A stretch of 63,991 nt of DNA, counting the filler, from Malassezia furfur (lineage: Eukaryota): assembly GCA_052055015.1 (NCBI GenBank). It is 4 parts of 4 records of this genome, joined end to end, with 100 filler letters (N's around TTAATTAATTAA, not from the genome) between each part and the next. Parts side by side here need not be neighbours in the genome. Positions count along the whole stretch, not along the records: positions 17,241 to 34,371 come from JBQJIT010000234.1; 3 more parts are not named here. One strand, 5' to 3'. A model generated the notes under the pieces. That model did no database searches and was not told the origin of the DNA. It saw nothing but the letters and a program-made list of their open reading frames with translations. Positions 23,932-34,471 of the stretch are shown here, in pieces (within the stretch, counting starts at the first letter, position 1; each line of letters opens with the position of its first letter). The translations under genes and the position numbers were made by a program.

Positions 23932-25514
23932 ATGTCGGCCCGCTTGTCGGAGAAGGAGCTCTTTGAGCTGAATGCCAAGGCTGCGTACGTCGTGTGGCTA
24001 ACGCAGTGTGAAGGACTACAACGTCGAGCCGCGCCTGGACTACCGGACCGTCTCGGCGATCAATGGGTGCGTGTGCGCAGCTGACCGATAGGCCGCTGGT
24101 GGTGCTCGATAATGTCAAGTTCCCCTCGTACAACGAGATTGTGTCGCTGACGCTGCCTGACGGCTCGAAGCGTGGTGGCCAGATCCTCGAGGTGTCGGGC
24201 AACAAGGCGATTGTGCAGGTGTTCGAGGGCACGTCCGGCGTCGACGTCAAGGAGACGCACATTGAGCTGACGCGCTCGTCGATGAAGCTGCCCGTGTCCG
24301 AGGACATGCTGGGCCGTGTGTTCAACGGTTCGGGCCAGCCGATCGACAACGGCCCGCGTGTGTTCGCCGAGGACTACCTCGACATCAACGGCTCGCCGAT
24401 CAACCCCTACTCGCGTGCCTACCCCGAGGAGATGATCCAGACGGGTATCTCGACGATCGACACGATGAACTCGATTGCGCGTGGCCAAAAGATCCCCATC
24501 TTCTCTGCGTCCGGTCTGCCGCACAACGACATTGCCGCGCAGATCTGTCGCCAGGCCGGTCTGGTCAAGCGCCCCGGCAAGGGCGTCCACGACGACCACG
24601 AGGACAACTTCAGCATTGTGTTCGCCGCGATGGGTGTCAACATGGAGACGGCGCGCTTCTTCAAGCAGGACTTCGAGGAGAACGGCTCGCTGGATCGCGT
24701 GACGCTCTTCCTGAACCTGGCCAACGACCCGACGATCGAGCGTATCATCACGCCGCGTCTGGCGCTTACGACCGCCGAGTACTTTGCCTACCAGCTCGAG
24801 AAGCACGTCCTGGTCGTGCTCACCGACATGACCTCGTACGCCGATGCGCTGCGTGAGGTCAGTGCCGCTCGTGAAGAGGTGCCCGGTCGCCGTGGGTACC
24901 CCGGTTACATGTACACGGACTTGGCCAGCATCTACGAGCGTGCCGGCCGTGTCGCAGGCCGCAACGGGTCGATCACGCAGATCCCCATTCTGACCATGCC
25001 CAACGACGACATGACGCACCCGATTCCCGACCTGACGGGCTACATCACTGAGGGCCAGATCTACGTCGACCGCCACCTATACAACCGGCAGGTGTACCCG
25101 CCGATCAACGTCCTGCCGTCGCTCTCGCGTCTGATGAAGAGCGCCATCGGCGCCAAGCACACGCGTGCCGACCACGCCGACGTGTCGAACCAGATGTACG
25201 CGGCGTATGCCACGGGCCGTGACGCGGCGTCGATGAAGGCGGTCGTCGGTGAGGACGCTCTGAGCCAGGAGGACAAGCTCACGCTCGAGTTCATGGAGCG
25301 CTTTGACCGCGAGTTTGTCACCCAGGGCGCGTACGAGACCCGCACGATCTTTGACTCGCTTGACCTCGGCTGGTCGCTGCTGCGCATTATGCCCAAGGAG
25401 ATGCTCAACCGTATCAGCCCCAAGATCATCAAGGAGTACTATTCGCGCAAGGCGCCCAAGTCGGAGGACAATGCGCAGGAGAACAAGCCCAGCGTCACCG
25501 ACGACACCAAGTAG
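23932..25514 (+). CDS. VMA2: V-ATPase subunit B; introns 23985-24006, 24067-24091
   Basis: [40 protein letters not shown] and [20 protein letters not shown]. Confidence 0.98.
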
Positions 25515-25604
25515 CGTGGCGTACCCACCAACCGTTTGTAGGAACCAGCATGTCGAAACGCGAGTCGCACTACGCGCAGCTATGCGAAGGACGACGTACG
25601 CTGC

Positions 25605-26735
25605 TCACAGCTTCGCCGTGGGAGCACTGCCCTCGTCGTCGCCGTCGTCGTCGAGCGCCCCAGGTGCCGCACGCAGTACACACTGCTGCGAGCACGAGGC
25701 AACCAGCTCGCCGTCCTGGTCAAACACCTGCGCCTCCGAAAAGGTGCGTTGCCAACCGGCCGTGACCGACTGGATCTCGCGCAGCATCCACTTGTTTGCG
25801 TCGATTACATCCGTGTGGTAGCGCTGCGCAAAGTCGAGCGTCGATGCGGCACTCGCCTTGAACATCATCTCGTTGCTCAGAGAGATGGGGGCAAACGCCA
25901 AGCCACCATCCAATGCAAACGCCACGGCACACAGGTGCGCCATGACCGTCGTCTGGGGCAGCTGACCGTCCGAACCCCCCGCAGTGAGCTGGTTGCCTTC
26001 GCATGCAGGCGGCAGGCTCTGGAACAGGCGGAACCAGTCAAACACCCGGCGGTCGGGGATGGATAGGTCGTCCTGCGACGTCTCGCATTCCTTCAAGCCA
26101 AATAGGTTCTGCGTCATGATGCTCTCGGGCACAATGCGCGTATCAAACACCTTGTTCCACAAGCCCAGGAACTCGTGGTACGCCTCGACCTGAAATTCGT
26201 CCAGGTCTCCCGTATCCAAGCGCCGCCGCAGATGCTCGTCACTCGACTCGAGCTTCACGATGTTGTCGAGCTGCGCCTTGGCATTCGGCTGGTAACGGAG
26301 CAGCGATTGCGCCTTGGCCGCCTCCTTGCCCGTCGCCTGTGCATGGTCCAGTGCTTCACGAGTAGACAGCTTCGAAATAATCATGTCCAGCGTCAACGCC
26401 AGCACCGAACGCATCTCGCCTTTGATCTTTTGCTTCACGGTGACGTAGCGCGTCGCAAAAGAACGCGTGTCACGTACCGCTTGAACCTCACAAATGTAGC
26501 GCTCGTCCAGCGATGCAGGGCCTAGGAAGTGGCCAGTGACCGAATACGGCACAAACCGCGGCTCTGCCTTGATTGTCTGGCCCGCCGCGTTTAGCGCGGT
26601 CGCAATCGCACATCCACCATAAGCAATCGGCTGCTGGTTGCCCGCGCGGCCCGGCAGCGACACGGCTTCAAATACCCATGGATTGTCAGTCTTACGCACA
26701 GCAATCAGGCGCAAAAAGTCGGATTCAGCAGACAT
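25605..26735 (-). CDS. Acyl-CoA thioesterase II (TesB/Tes1-like), copy 1; PTS1 AKL
   Basis: IAYGGCAIA, SVTGHFLGP, VRDTRSFATR, AFALD, STLDF and LVASCSQQ motifs; ends in AKL. Confidence 0.85.
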   Translation of the reverse strand: MSAESDFLRLIAVRKTDNPWVFEAVSLPGRAGNQQPIAYGGCAIATALNAAGQTIKAEPRFVPYSVTGHFLGPASLDERYICEVQAVRDTRSFATRYVTVKQKIKGEMRSVLALTLDMIISKLSTREALDHAQATGKEAAKAQSLLRYQPNAKAQLDNIVKLESSDEHLRRRLDTGDLDEFQVEAYHEFLGLWNKVFDTRIVPESIMTQNLFGLKECETSQDDLSIPDRRVFDWFRLFQSLPPACEGNQLTAGGSDGQLPQTTVMAHLCAVAFALDGGLAFAPISLSNEMMFKASAASTLDFAQRYHTDVIDANKWMLREIQSVTAGWQRTFSEAQVFDQDGELVASCSQQCVLRAAPGALDDDGDDEGSAPTAKL

Positions 26736-26946
26736 CACACCGGTACGCTGAGACCAAGCGCGGAGTTAACCCCGCACTACATAGACCATCATTCAAAAAT
26801 TTGGACTCACGTGAATTCCAGGCGACCGCACCGTGGCCACATATCCGGAAGCCGGAGATGGTCCGTGCCCAGACTGACTAAGTCGGCCTCACGTCCGCCG
26901 GGACGGACGGCGATGTGCGTTGCGCTCGGCAAGATACATAGCAACT

Positions 26947-28071
26947 CTATAGCTTTGCTTTTCCTTGCCCCGTATCTTCTTCATCCAACACTCCCGGGGC
27001 CGCCCGGAGTACACACTGCTGCGAGCACGACGCGATCAATTCGCCATCCTGGTCAAATGCTTGTGCCTCGGAAAAGGTGCGCTGCCAACCGGCCGTGACC
27101 GACCGCATCTCGCGCAGCATCCACTTGTTTGCGTCAATTACGTCCGTATGGTAGCGCTGCGCAAAGTCGAGCGTCGATGCGGCACCGGCCTTAAGCAGCT
27201 GCTCGTTGCTCAGAGAGATCGGCACGAAAGCCAGGGCGCCGTCCATGGCAAAGGCCATGGCACAAAGGTGTGCCATGACCGTGGTTTGAGGCAGTTGGCC
27301 GTCGGGGCCGCCCTCTGTCAAATGATTTCCCTGATCTGCGGGGGGCAGCTTCTGGAAGAGTTTGAACCAGTCAAAGATGCAGCGTTCAGGGATCGACAGA
27401 TGGTCCTGCGACGTGGGGCCGTCCTTCAACCCTAGCAAGTTTTGTGTCATGATGCTCTCGGGCACAATGCGGGTGTCAAACAGGTCGTTCCACAAGCCCA
27501 AGAACTCGTTGTACATTGCAACATGTGACTCATCAATGTCACCGGACTCGAGCCGACGTCGCAGGTGCTCATCGGTGTGCTCGAGCTTGAGTACGTTATC
27601 GAGCTGCGTCTTGGCGTTCGGCTGGTAGCGCAGTAGCGACTGCACCTTGGCCGCTTCCTTCCCGGTCGCCTTTGCTCGATCGAGAGCCTCACGCGTCGAC
27701 AGCTTGGATGCGATCATGTCGAGGGTCAAGGCGAGCACGGGGCGCATCTCACCCTTGATCTTTTGCTTGACTGTGACATAGCGCGTGGCGAACGAGCGCG
27801 TATCGCGCACGGCCCTCACTTCGCATATGTAGCGCTCATCGAGCGTTGCTGGCCCGAGAAAGTGGCCAGTGACCGAATACGGCACGAATCGCGGCTCGGC
27901 TTTGATCGTTTGGCCGGCGGCGTTGAGGGCGGTGGCCAGGGCGCAGCCGCCGTAGGCAATCGGCTGCTGGTTTCCAGCGCGCCCCGGGAGCGAGACAGCC
28001 TCGAATACCCAAGGATCCTGGGTCTTTCGCACGCCGATCAGGCGCAAGAAGTCTGTGTTCGAGTGGGACAT
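26947..28071 (-). CDS. Acyl-CoA thioesterase II (TesB/Tes1-like), copy 2; PTS1 AKL
   Basis: Collinear paralogue of copy 1 with the same motifs; ends in AKL. Confidence 0.85.
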   Translation of the reverse strand: MSHSNTDFLRLIGVRKTQDPWVFEAVSLPGRAGNQQPIAYGGCALATALNAAGQTIKAEPRFVPYSVTGHFLGPATLDERYICEVRAVRDTRSFATRYVTVKQKIKGEMRPVLALTLDMIASKLSTREALDRAKATGKEAAKVQSLLRYQPNAKTQLDNVLKLEHTDEHLRRRLESGDIDESHVAMYNEFLGLWNDLFDTRIVPESIMTQNLLGLKDGPTSQDHLSIPERCIFDWFKLFQKLPPADQGNHLTEGGPDGQLPQTTVMAHLCAMAFAMDGALAFVPISLSNEQLLKAGAASTLDFAQRYHTDVIDANKWMLREMRSVTAGWQRTFSEAQAFDQDGELIASCSQQCVLRAAPGVLDEEDTGQGKAKL

Positions 28072-28405
28072 GGTGTGGTCACGAGCGAGGTACCCCGCAT
28101 CTATGCGGCCGTGGCGTCGCCCTGATGCTCCACATGCATGAAATTCGTCGCTGGTCGCCGTGCAAGGGCGATCGGCCGAATTGGCCACGAGCCGAAAGCC
28201 GGACAGCCGCTGGTTGCACCACGCGACCTAAGAGATCGGCGTGCGGCCAATCATGCACGTTCAAGGAGAATCTCCCCCCACAAGCCACATGCATGCCGCA
28301 CGGCGGTCCCCCAGCGCTCGACGGCGCGCGCGCCCGGCCGAGAGATGTGTAGGCTCGCGGGGAGGCACCGCGCATTTCATCCCTTCTGCTCTGCGTCGTT
28401 CGGTG

Positions 28406-29428
28406 ATGTCTGTTGAGTAGGTTGCGAGCATATGGGGGTAAACTAACACGGCAGAATTAGCCCCCACGCACAGCTTGGCTTCCCGCGTAAGTTGGGTAGA
28501 GCAAGAGCTGACGATTCCAGGTCCTTTGACGCAGGTGGTCAAGCGCTCGCTGACTGTGACCAACTCGAACTCGCAGCCGGTCGCCTTCAAGGTGAAGACG
28601 ACGGCGCCGAAGCAGTACTGTGTGCGCCCCAACTCGGGCCGCATCGAGGCCGGTGAGCGCATCGAGGTGCAGGTCTTGCTCCAGCCCTTCAAGGAGGAGC
28701 CGCCGACGAGCGCCAAGTGCCGCGATAAGTTCCTCGTGCAGAGCGCCGTGATCACGGCTGACAAGGAGACGCTGCCCATGACCGAGTTCTGGGCGATGCA
28801 GGAGCGCGACAAGGAGCATATCTCGGAGCACAAGATCCGCTGTGTCTTCCTGCCCCCCTCGAGCGCCACGGTGCCTGAGGAGAACGAGGAGAGCATCACG
28901 AACACGAACGAGGAGCAGAGCACGCTCGACCGCGCCAAAGCGACCGCTGTTGCCGCGGGCTCGGCCACGGCCGCAGGTGCGGGCGCCGCCTACGCCGCGG
29001 TGCGTGACCAGGGCGCCAAGATGCTCGGCACCGAGACGACTTCGTCGCCTTCGTACGCAACCGGCACGACGCGCACGGTCGGTGCCGAGCCGCCGATCAC
29101 CATGGCGAGCCTGAACGGTACCACCTCGTCGCCTCAGACGGTCACGACGAGCTACGTGTCGCCCGGCTACGCCCCGAACCCCAGCGGTGCGGTGCCTGTC
29201 TCGTCGGTGCCCGCCACCAGCGGCTCGTCGGCGCCGGTCGGTTCGCAGGCGCGTTCGACTGCTGAGCTCGAAGCCGAGATTGTGCGTCTGCGCTCGCAGC
29301 TGGCGGCCACGCAGGGTGGCGCGGCGACGCGCAGCAGTGCGGTGATGCAAAAGAGCAGCGGCGTGCCGGTGCACATTGTCGCTGCGATTGCGGTGGGCGT
29401 GTTTGCTGTGACGTACCTGTTTTTTTGA
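28406..29428 (+). CDS. SCS2: VAP/Scs2 ER protein (MSP domain + C-terminal TM); introns 28417-28454, 28487-28520
   Basis: MSVE|ISPHAQLGFPR|PLT..., VAFKVKTTAPKQYCVRPNSG, CRDKFLVQS, and a TM tail VAAIAVGVFAVTYLFF. Confidence 0.93.
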
Positions 29429-29728
29429 GTAGGGGAGGGACTGGTCGGTTGCGTCTTTTTGCCTCGTCGCAGGCAGACGACAACCTGGTCAAGTGGGCAC
29501 GACGCACCCTGTCGGACAAGCTGCAGCGTTCGCGCACCGACGCGTCGCTCTGGCAGCGGCTTCACGCATGGTGGGCGCGCCACTAATTGCTCGTGCGCCG
29601 CCGGCCGTGCGGCCGGCAGCGTGCGCTAGGCACCCCGGTCACCTCCCATGTCCGAGTTCAGTCTCTCCCCCTGATCCCCTCCTTCCCTATTCCTTCGAAT
29701 GCCATAGCCTGTGCATACGACTGTCGGC

Positions 29729-31342
29729 TTACGTGTCTACTTGTGCCAGCACCTCCTCGAGCATGGGGGGCGCCAGGGGTATGAGCAGCTCATCGCCCGC
29801 CGCGATCGCGTGGCTGCTGGTGATCGGCGCAGGACCGCGGAAGACGAGGACGAGGCCGTGATCGACCATCTCGCTGAGCAGCTGCTTGACGCCCTCGTCA
29901 CTCGATGCAGTAAACTCGCGCGTCGCCTCGCGCACTAGCGCTGCGTATGCCGTACGCGGGATCGACGCTTCCTCTTCGCCGCCCGCCTGGTCCGCGGACG
30001 ACAGCTGCAGAAGCGCCAGCTGCGTAAACAGCGTCCGCGCACGCGCTGTGATGGTATTGAGCACCTGCAGCGCCGCCTTTTGTGAGATCGGCGCCGAGGA
30101 CACCGCGCCGGGTGCCGTCGGCATCTTCGCGCCGCGGCCGGCCAAGTCGAGCGCGGCCGGCAGCTTGAGCGTCGCAAGTCCCGAAAACTGCGCCGACGCC
30201 GACGTCGACGAGGTCATCGTCGCACCTCGCGAGTGCAGCATCTCAATCACGGGCGGCACGTACGTGGTGCAGTGGTGCCACAGCCACGCGGCGCGCACAT
30301 CGCGCATGGGCAATGTGCCGTCGCGCTCGACTTCCTCAGCATGGGACGAGAGCCCCTGGCCAAACTGGCCCGACGCGCCATCGAGCACGAGGCCCGCTTG
30401 GACGTGCGTCACCGAGGCACAGATGTGTACGTAGGGGCACCGCGCTAGGGCATGGAACAACGTATGCAGCCGCGACGTGTGGATGAGCGGGTGGTCGAAC
30501 GCAACGACGCCAAGAAACAGATGGCGCGGGTGCGTGTGACCACCGTGTACGTTGGCATGGTGCAAGACGCGCACAACGCGCGCGATGCGCTGCGTTAGGC
30601 GGGACATACGCGCCGAGCCGTGCGTGGGCTGCATCTCGAGCGGTGGGTTGGTGGGCTGCTGGGCGTGGATGGCCGATTCGATGGCATCCAGTACGCGGTC
30701 GACGTTGAGCGCACGGCCAGCTGCCCCCTGTATGAGCACCGCAGCACCTTCGTGCTCCTCGGCAGCCTTCTCGATTAGATGTCGCACCACGGGGAAGCGG
30801 TCGCCGACGCCGTAAAGGATCAGATGGAAGCCGCCCAGCAGCTGCGCAATGTACATCGCCATCCGCTCTGGCCGCAACTGCAGTGCGAGGGCCAGACGGG
30901 AGTGCACCGTACGGGCAGGCGGGTCCGGTGGCCCGTCGTCGAGCGCGTCGAGAGCGATGCGCGGCAGCTGGGTGATGTCGAGCGGCCCCAGCAGTTCCGA
31001 GATGCGCTTGCCGGACGTGCCGCGCAACAGGTCGCGTCCGAGTTTTCGGCTCGCAAAGTTCCTGCGGTGCGAGTTGGACAAAAAGAAGGCGTCGGATGAC
31101 GTCGCGCGCACGAACGACATCGCTTCGAACGCGCGCGCCGGGCGTTTCGCAGGGGTATCTTCGTCGGCGCTCACGTCGTTTTCTGCATCGGACGCCGCGC
31201 GTTCGCGCTTGGACAGCACGGTTGAGGTGTCGCCATGAGAGACTGAATCCGTCGCGGCAGGCGCCCCTTCAGTATCGGGTGAAGGGGGTCGGTCCATACG
31301 GACGTCGTCGGCCTCGGCCTCCGACCCCGCAGTCGTGGCCAT
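29729..31342 (-). CDS. ORC2: Origin recognition complex subunit 2 (divergent)
   Basis: GFHLILYGVG, VHICASVTH, WLWHHCTTYVP, VLNTITARARTLF and EFTASSDEGVKQLLSEMVDHGLV match the ORC2 motif order. Confidence 0.8.
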   Translation of the reverse strand: MATTAGSEAEADDVRMDRPPSPDTEGAPAATDSVSHGDTSTVLSKRERAASDAENDVSADEDTPAKRPARAFEAMSFVRATSSDAFFLSNSHRRNFASRKLGRDLLRGTSGKRISELLGPLDITQLPRIALDALDDGPPDPPARTVHSRLALALQLRPERMAMYIAQLLGGFHLILYGVGDRFPVVRHLIEKAAEEHEGAAVLIQGAAGRALNVDRVLDAIESAIHAQQPTNPPLEMQPTHGSARMSRLTQRIARVVRVLHHANVHGGHTHPRHLFLGVVAFDHPLIHTSRLHTLFHALARCPYVHICASVTHVQAGLVLDGASGQFGQGLSSHAEEVERDGTLPMRDVRAAWLWHHCTTYVPPVIEMLHSRGATMTSSTSASAQFSGLATLKLPAALDLAGRGAKMPTAPGAVSSAPISQKAALQVLNTITARARTLFTQLALLQLSSADQAGGEEEASIPRTAYAALVREATREFTASSDEGVKQLLSEMVDHGLVLVFRGPAPITSSHAIAAGDELLIPLAPPMLEEVLAQVDT

Positions 31343-31400
31343 GGCGCCGGAAAAGGCTGACTAAGGAAATTCCGCCGATTTGTTCTACCTCGTCTGTGCG

Positions 31401-32456
31401 ATGCTCGTGCGCCGTGCCGTGCCCGTGGCGGCGGTACCGGCCCAACTTGCACGCTGTGCGAGCACCCAGGCAAATGCGCCCGTGTCAGTTGAGCAATCGC
31501 TCAAGGACACGGTGCGTTCGCGCGACTACCCTGCCTTTTTGACGCACTTTGCCTACCCGCGAGCGCTGCAGCCACACTTCTTCGCGCTGCGTGCCTTCCA
31601 CGTTGAACTTGCATCAATCAAGGACGTGGTCAGCAACGAGCTGGTCGGACGTGTGCGCATGCAGTGGTGGCGCGATGCCATCCGCGGCATCTACCAGGAC
31701 CGCCCACCGAAGCACCCTGTTGCCCTTGGGCTGCGCGATGCCGTGTTTGACCCGCGCGTCGCTGCGACCGGGGGTCTGGTCGAGGACCACTTTCTCGCGA
31801 TTATTGATGCGCGCGAAGCAGACCTGGGCGACCCCCTTGCACCGCCGTCGCTGGCGGAGCTGGAGCAATACGCCGAGTCCACCTCGTCACGCATGCTCTA
31901 TCTCTTGCTCAACTTACAAGGCATTTCGGAGCGGCCTGTGGACGAGATCTTCTCGCACCTCGGCAAGGCGATGGGCCTGAGCATCCTGGTGGGCTCGCTG
32001 CCTTTCCACACGCACCCCCCCGCCCGTCCGCGCACGGGCGGCGGCAATATACCCGGCATGGCCGGCGGCTCGCGCTATGCCCCGCAAGGCAATGTGGTGC
32101 CACGCACGCCGACGCTGCCGCTTCCTCTGGAGTATTTGCTGGAATGTAACGTGACGCAGGAAGACGTCTTCCGCAACGGCATCCATGCGCATGGCCTGCG
32201 CGACGCGATTTTCTACACGGCGACGCGCGCCAACGACTACCTAATTACGGCGCAGACGCAGCTGCGGGACGCGTACGGGAGTCGCATGCCCGCAGCGGCA
32301 GTGCCGCCCATGCTGATGGTGGTCCACACGCGCGAATTCCTCAAGCGGCTCGAGAAGTACGACTTCAACCCGTACGACGCACGCTGTCAGCAGCGTTCCT
32401 GGCTCCTACCCTGGTACGTCTGGCGCGCAGAACGCCGGCGTACCTTATGGCCGTAG
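31401..32456 (+). CDS. NDUFAF6-like complex I assembly factor (squalene/phytoene synthase fold)
   Basis: FALRAFHVELASIKDVVSN..VGRVRMQWWRDAI, HPVA, IIDAREADL, LEQYAESTSS and HLGKAMGL. Confidence 0.85.
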   Translation: MLVRRAVPVAAVPAQLARCASTQANAPVSVEQSLKDTVRSRDYPAFLTHFAYPRALQPHFFALRAFHVELASIKDVVSNELVGRVRMQWWRDAIRGIYQDRPPKHPVALGLRDAVFDPRVAATGGLVEDHFLAIIDAREADLGDPLAPPSLAELEQYAESTSSRMLYLLLNLQGISERPVDEIFSHLGKAMGLSILVGSLPFHTHPPARPRTGGGNIPGMAGGSRYAPQGNVVPRTPTLPLPLEYLLECNVTQEDVFRNGIHAHGLRDAIFYTATRANDYLITAQTQLRDAYGSRMPAAAVPPMLMVVHTREFLKRLEKYDFNPYDARCQQRSWLLPWYVWRAERRRTLWP

Positions 32457-32573
32457 CTATTTTTAGCACACATCCACGTGCGCACACCTGCCAGGGCAGG
32501 CGGCGTGTGCGTGGGGTTCGGCGAAACGCAGATCGGACAGCTTTTCGACACAAAGACCGAGCGGTGTGACACC

Positions 32574-34026
32574 ATGCTCGGGTCGACGGCCCCGAAGCGC
32601 AAGACGCGCAACTTTAAAGGCCTCCTTCTGAAAGATACCTCGGTGTCCCACGCGGAACACGTTTCGCCACTCGATGAGTCCGGGCGTAGCTTCACACGAC
32701 TCATGCGCCCGCTCGAGGAGCCGCAGGACGGCGCCGCGTATGACAACCTGGCCGGCATCGCGCTGGGCCCGCGTGCGGCAACGCGACTGGAGCTACCTGA
32801 CTGGTTCTCTCCGACGCTGCGGCACCCGACCTCGTCGGCTCACGCCGGGTCGGACGCGGGGCCGGAGACGGTGGCCAAGACGGCGAATGGGTCGGGGTCC
32901 AGCGCACCGCGCTCGTCAGGTCACAGCTCGGCAACGAGCAGTCAGGGATCGAACGATTTGTCGCAACGCTTCAACGGCCTGCATCTGCCGTCGGAAGAGG
33001 ACTCCGCGCAGCGCCTCGAGCTGAAGAACAGCAACCTGCGCACGCTGTGTGAGCTGGGCGCCGGCAATGGGGGCACGGTGAGCAAGGTGGTACACATCCC
33101 GACGGGTATCGTGATGGCGAAAAAAGTGCGTGTGCGCTACTCATACAGGTTGTGTTCATCGACGCCAAGCCCGAAGTGCGCAAGCAGATCCTCCGTGAAC
33201 TGCAGATCCTGCACGAGTGTCAGTCGCAGTACATTGTCGGCTTTTACGGGGCGTGTCTGAGCGACATCCACATTTACATGTGTATGGAGTACATGGACGC
33301 TGGCTCGCTCGATTCCATCTACTCGAAGCACGGCGCGATTGACGTTGATGTATGCGGCAAGATTGTGGTGACGGTGGTGCAGGGCCTGTCCTATCTGTAC
33401 GAGGTGCACCGCATCATCCATCGCGACGTCAAGCCGAGCAACATCCTCGTGAATTTGCGTGGTGAGATCAAATTGTGCGACTTTGGCGTGTCGGGCGAGT
33501 TGATTAATTCGATTGCCGACACGTTCGTGGGGACGAGCACGTACATGAGTGTACGTGGGCGCGAACAGAGAGAGACTAACGGCAGCCGGAGCGGATTCAG
33601 GGCGACCAGTACAGCATCAAGTCTGACGTGTGGTCGCTTGGAATCACCATGATTGAGCTGGCGCACGGATGCTTCCCCTTTGCGCTGGATGAGGAAGAGG
33701 ATACCCTGCATGCGCCCATGCAGAGCACCACGACTGCCGCAAGTGCTGGCAAGGGCGCACGGGATGTGCGGGCGCCGCGCCAGGCGCAGCCGATGAGCAT
33801 CCTGGAACTGCTACAGCACATTGTCTATGAGCCGCCGCCGCGGCTGAACCCCGAGATGCACTTCCCGCCACTGATGGTCGAGTTTGTCAACTTGTGCCTG
33901 AGTAAGGACCCGGCGGTGCGTCCGACGCCCATGGCGCTGCGCCAGCACGCGTATGTGCGCCAGTCGGACGCACGTCCTGTGGACCTCGCCGCGTGGGTGC
34001 ACCGTCTGGGCTACCGCGCGACGTGA
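32574..34026 (+). CDS. STE7: MAP kinase kinase Ste7/Fuz7; introns 33126-33148, 33551-33585
   Basis: Docking motif [41 protein letters not shown] and [30 protein letters not shown]. Confidence 0.93.
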
Positions 34027-34371
34027 GTGCCCCTGCGGAGCCTGCTGCCAGGGAGAAGGGTGGGGAAGAGCCCGATCTCCCGATTGTACACATAGCTCAT
34101 TGGCCAATGCCGAACGCGCGTGATGTTTGTATGACGTTATTTGCGCGTAATTCCTCTCTGCATCAGCCCGATCGTTCTCAGTAGCGCCCGCACCTTAAAT
34201 TATGGACAGGAAGATGCATGCGGTGGTTGGCTGGTGCCCCTTGCCGCATGCATATCTGCACCGAACAGGGGGGGTCGCGCGCATTGCCGCAGGCTGCGTG
34301 CCGCAGCCCCGTGACAGGCCAGCGGGGCAGGTGACCGAAGTAGCAGGGTGTTGGGGGGCGGGCACCGCGTG

Positions 34372-34471
34372 NNNNNNNNNNNNNNNNNNNNNNNNNNNNN
34401 NNNNNNNNNNNNNNNTTAATTAATTAANNNNNNNNNNNNNNNNNNNNNNNNNNNNNNNNNNNNNNNNNNNN
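34372..34471. other. Assembly gap with artificial six-frame stop linker
   Basis: 44 N + TTAATTAATTAA + 44 N. Confidence 0.95.

Noticed and set aside
34150..34197. GGTGC...CTGAGA on the minus strand resembling the start of a TPP riboswitch
   Set aside because: The downstream conserved aptamer core is absent and no thiamine gene is adjacent.
34326..34350. CAGG-N10-AGCAG resembling SRP RNA helix 8
   Set aside because: The 10 intervening nt cannot form the required 3-bp stem with a GNRA loop.
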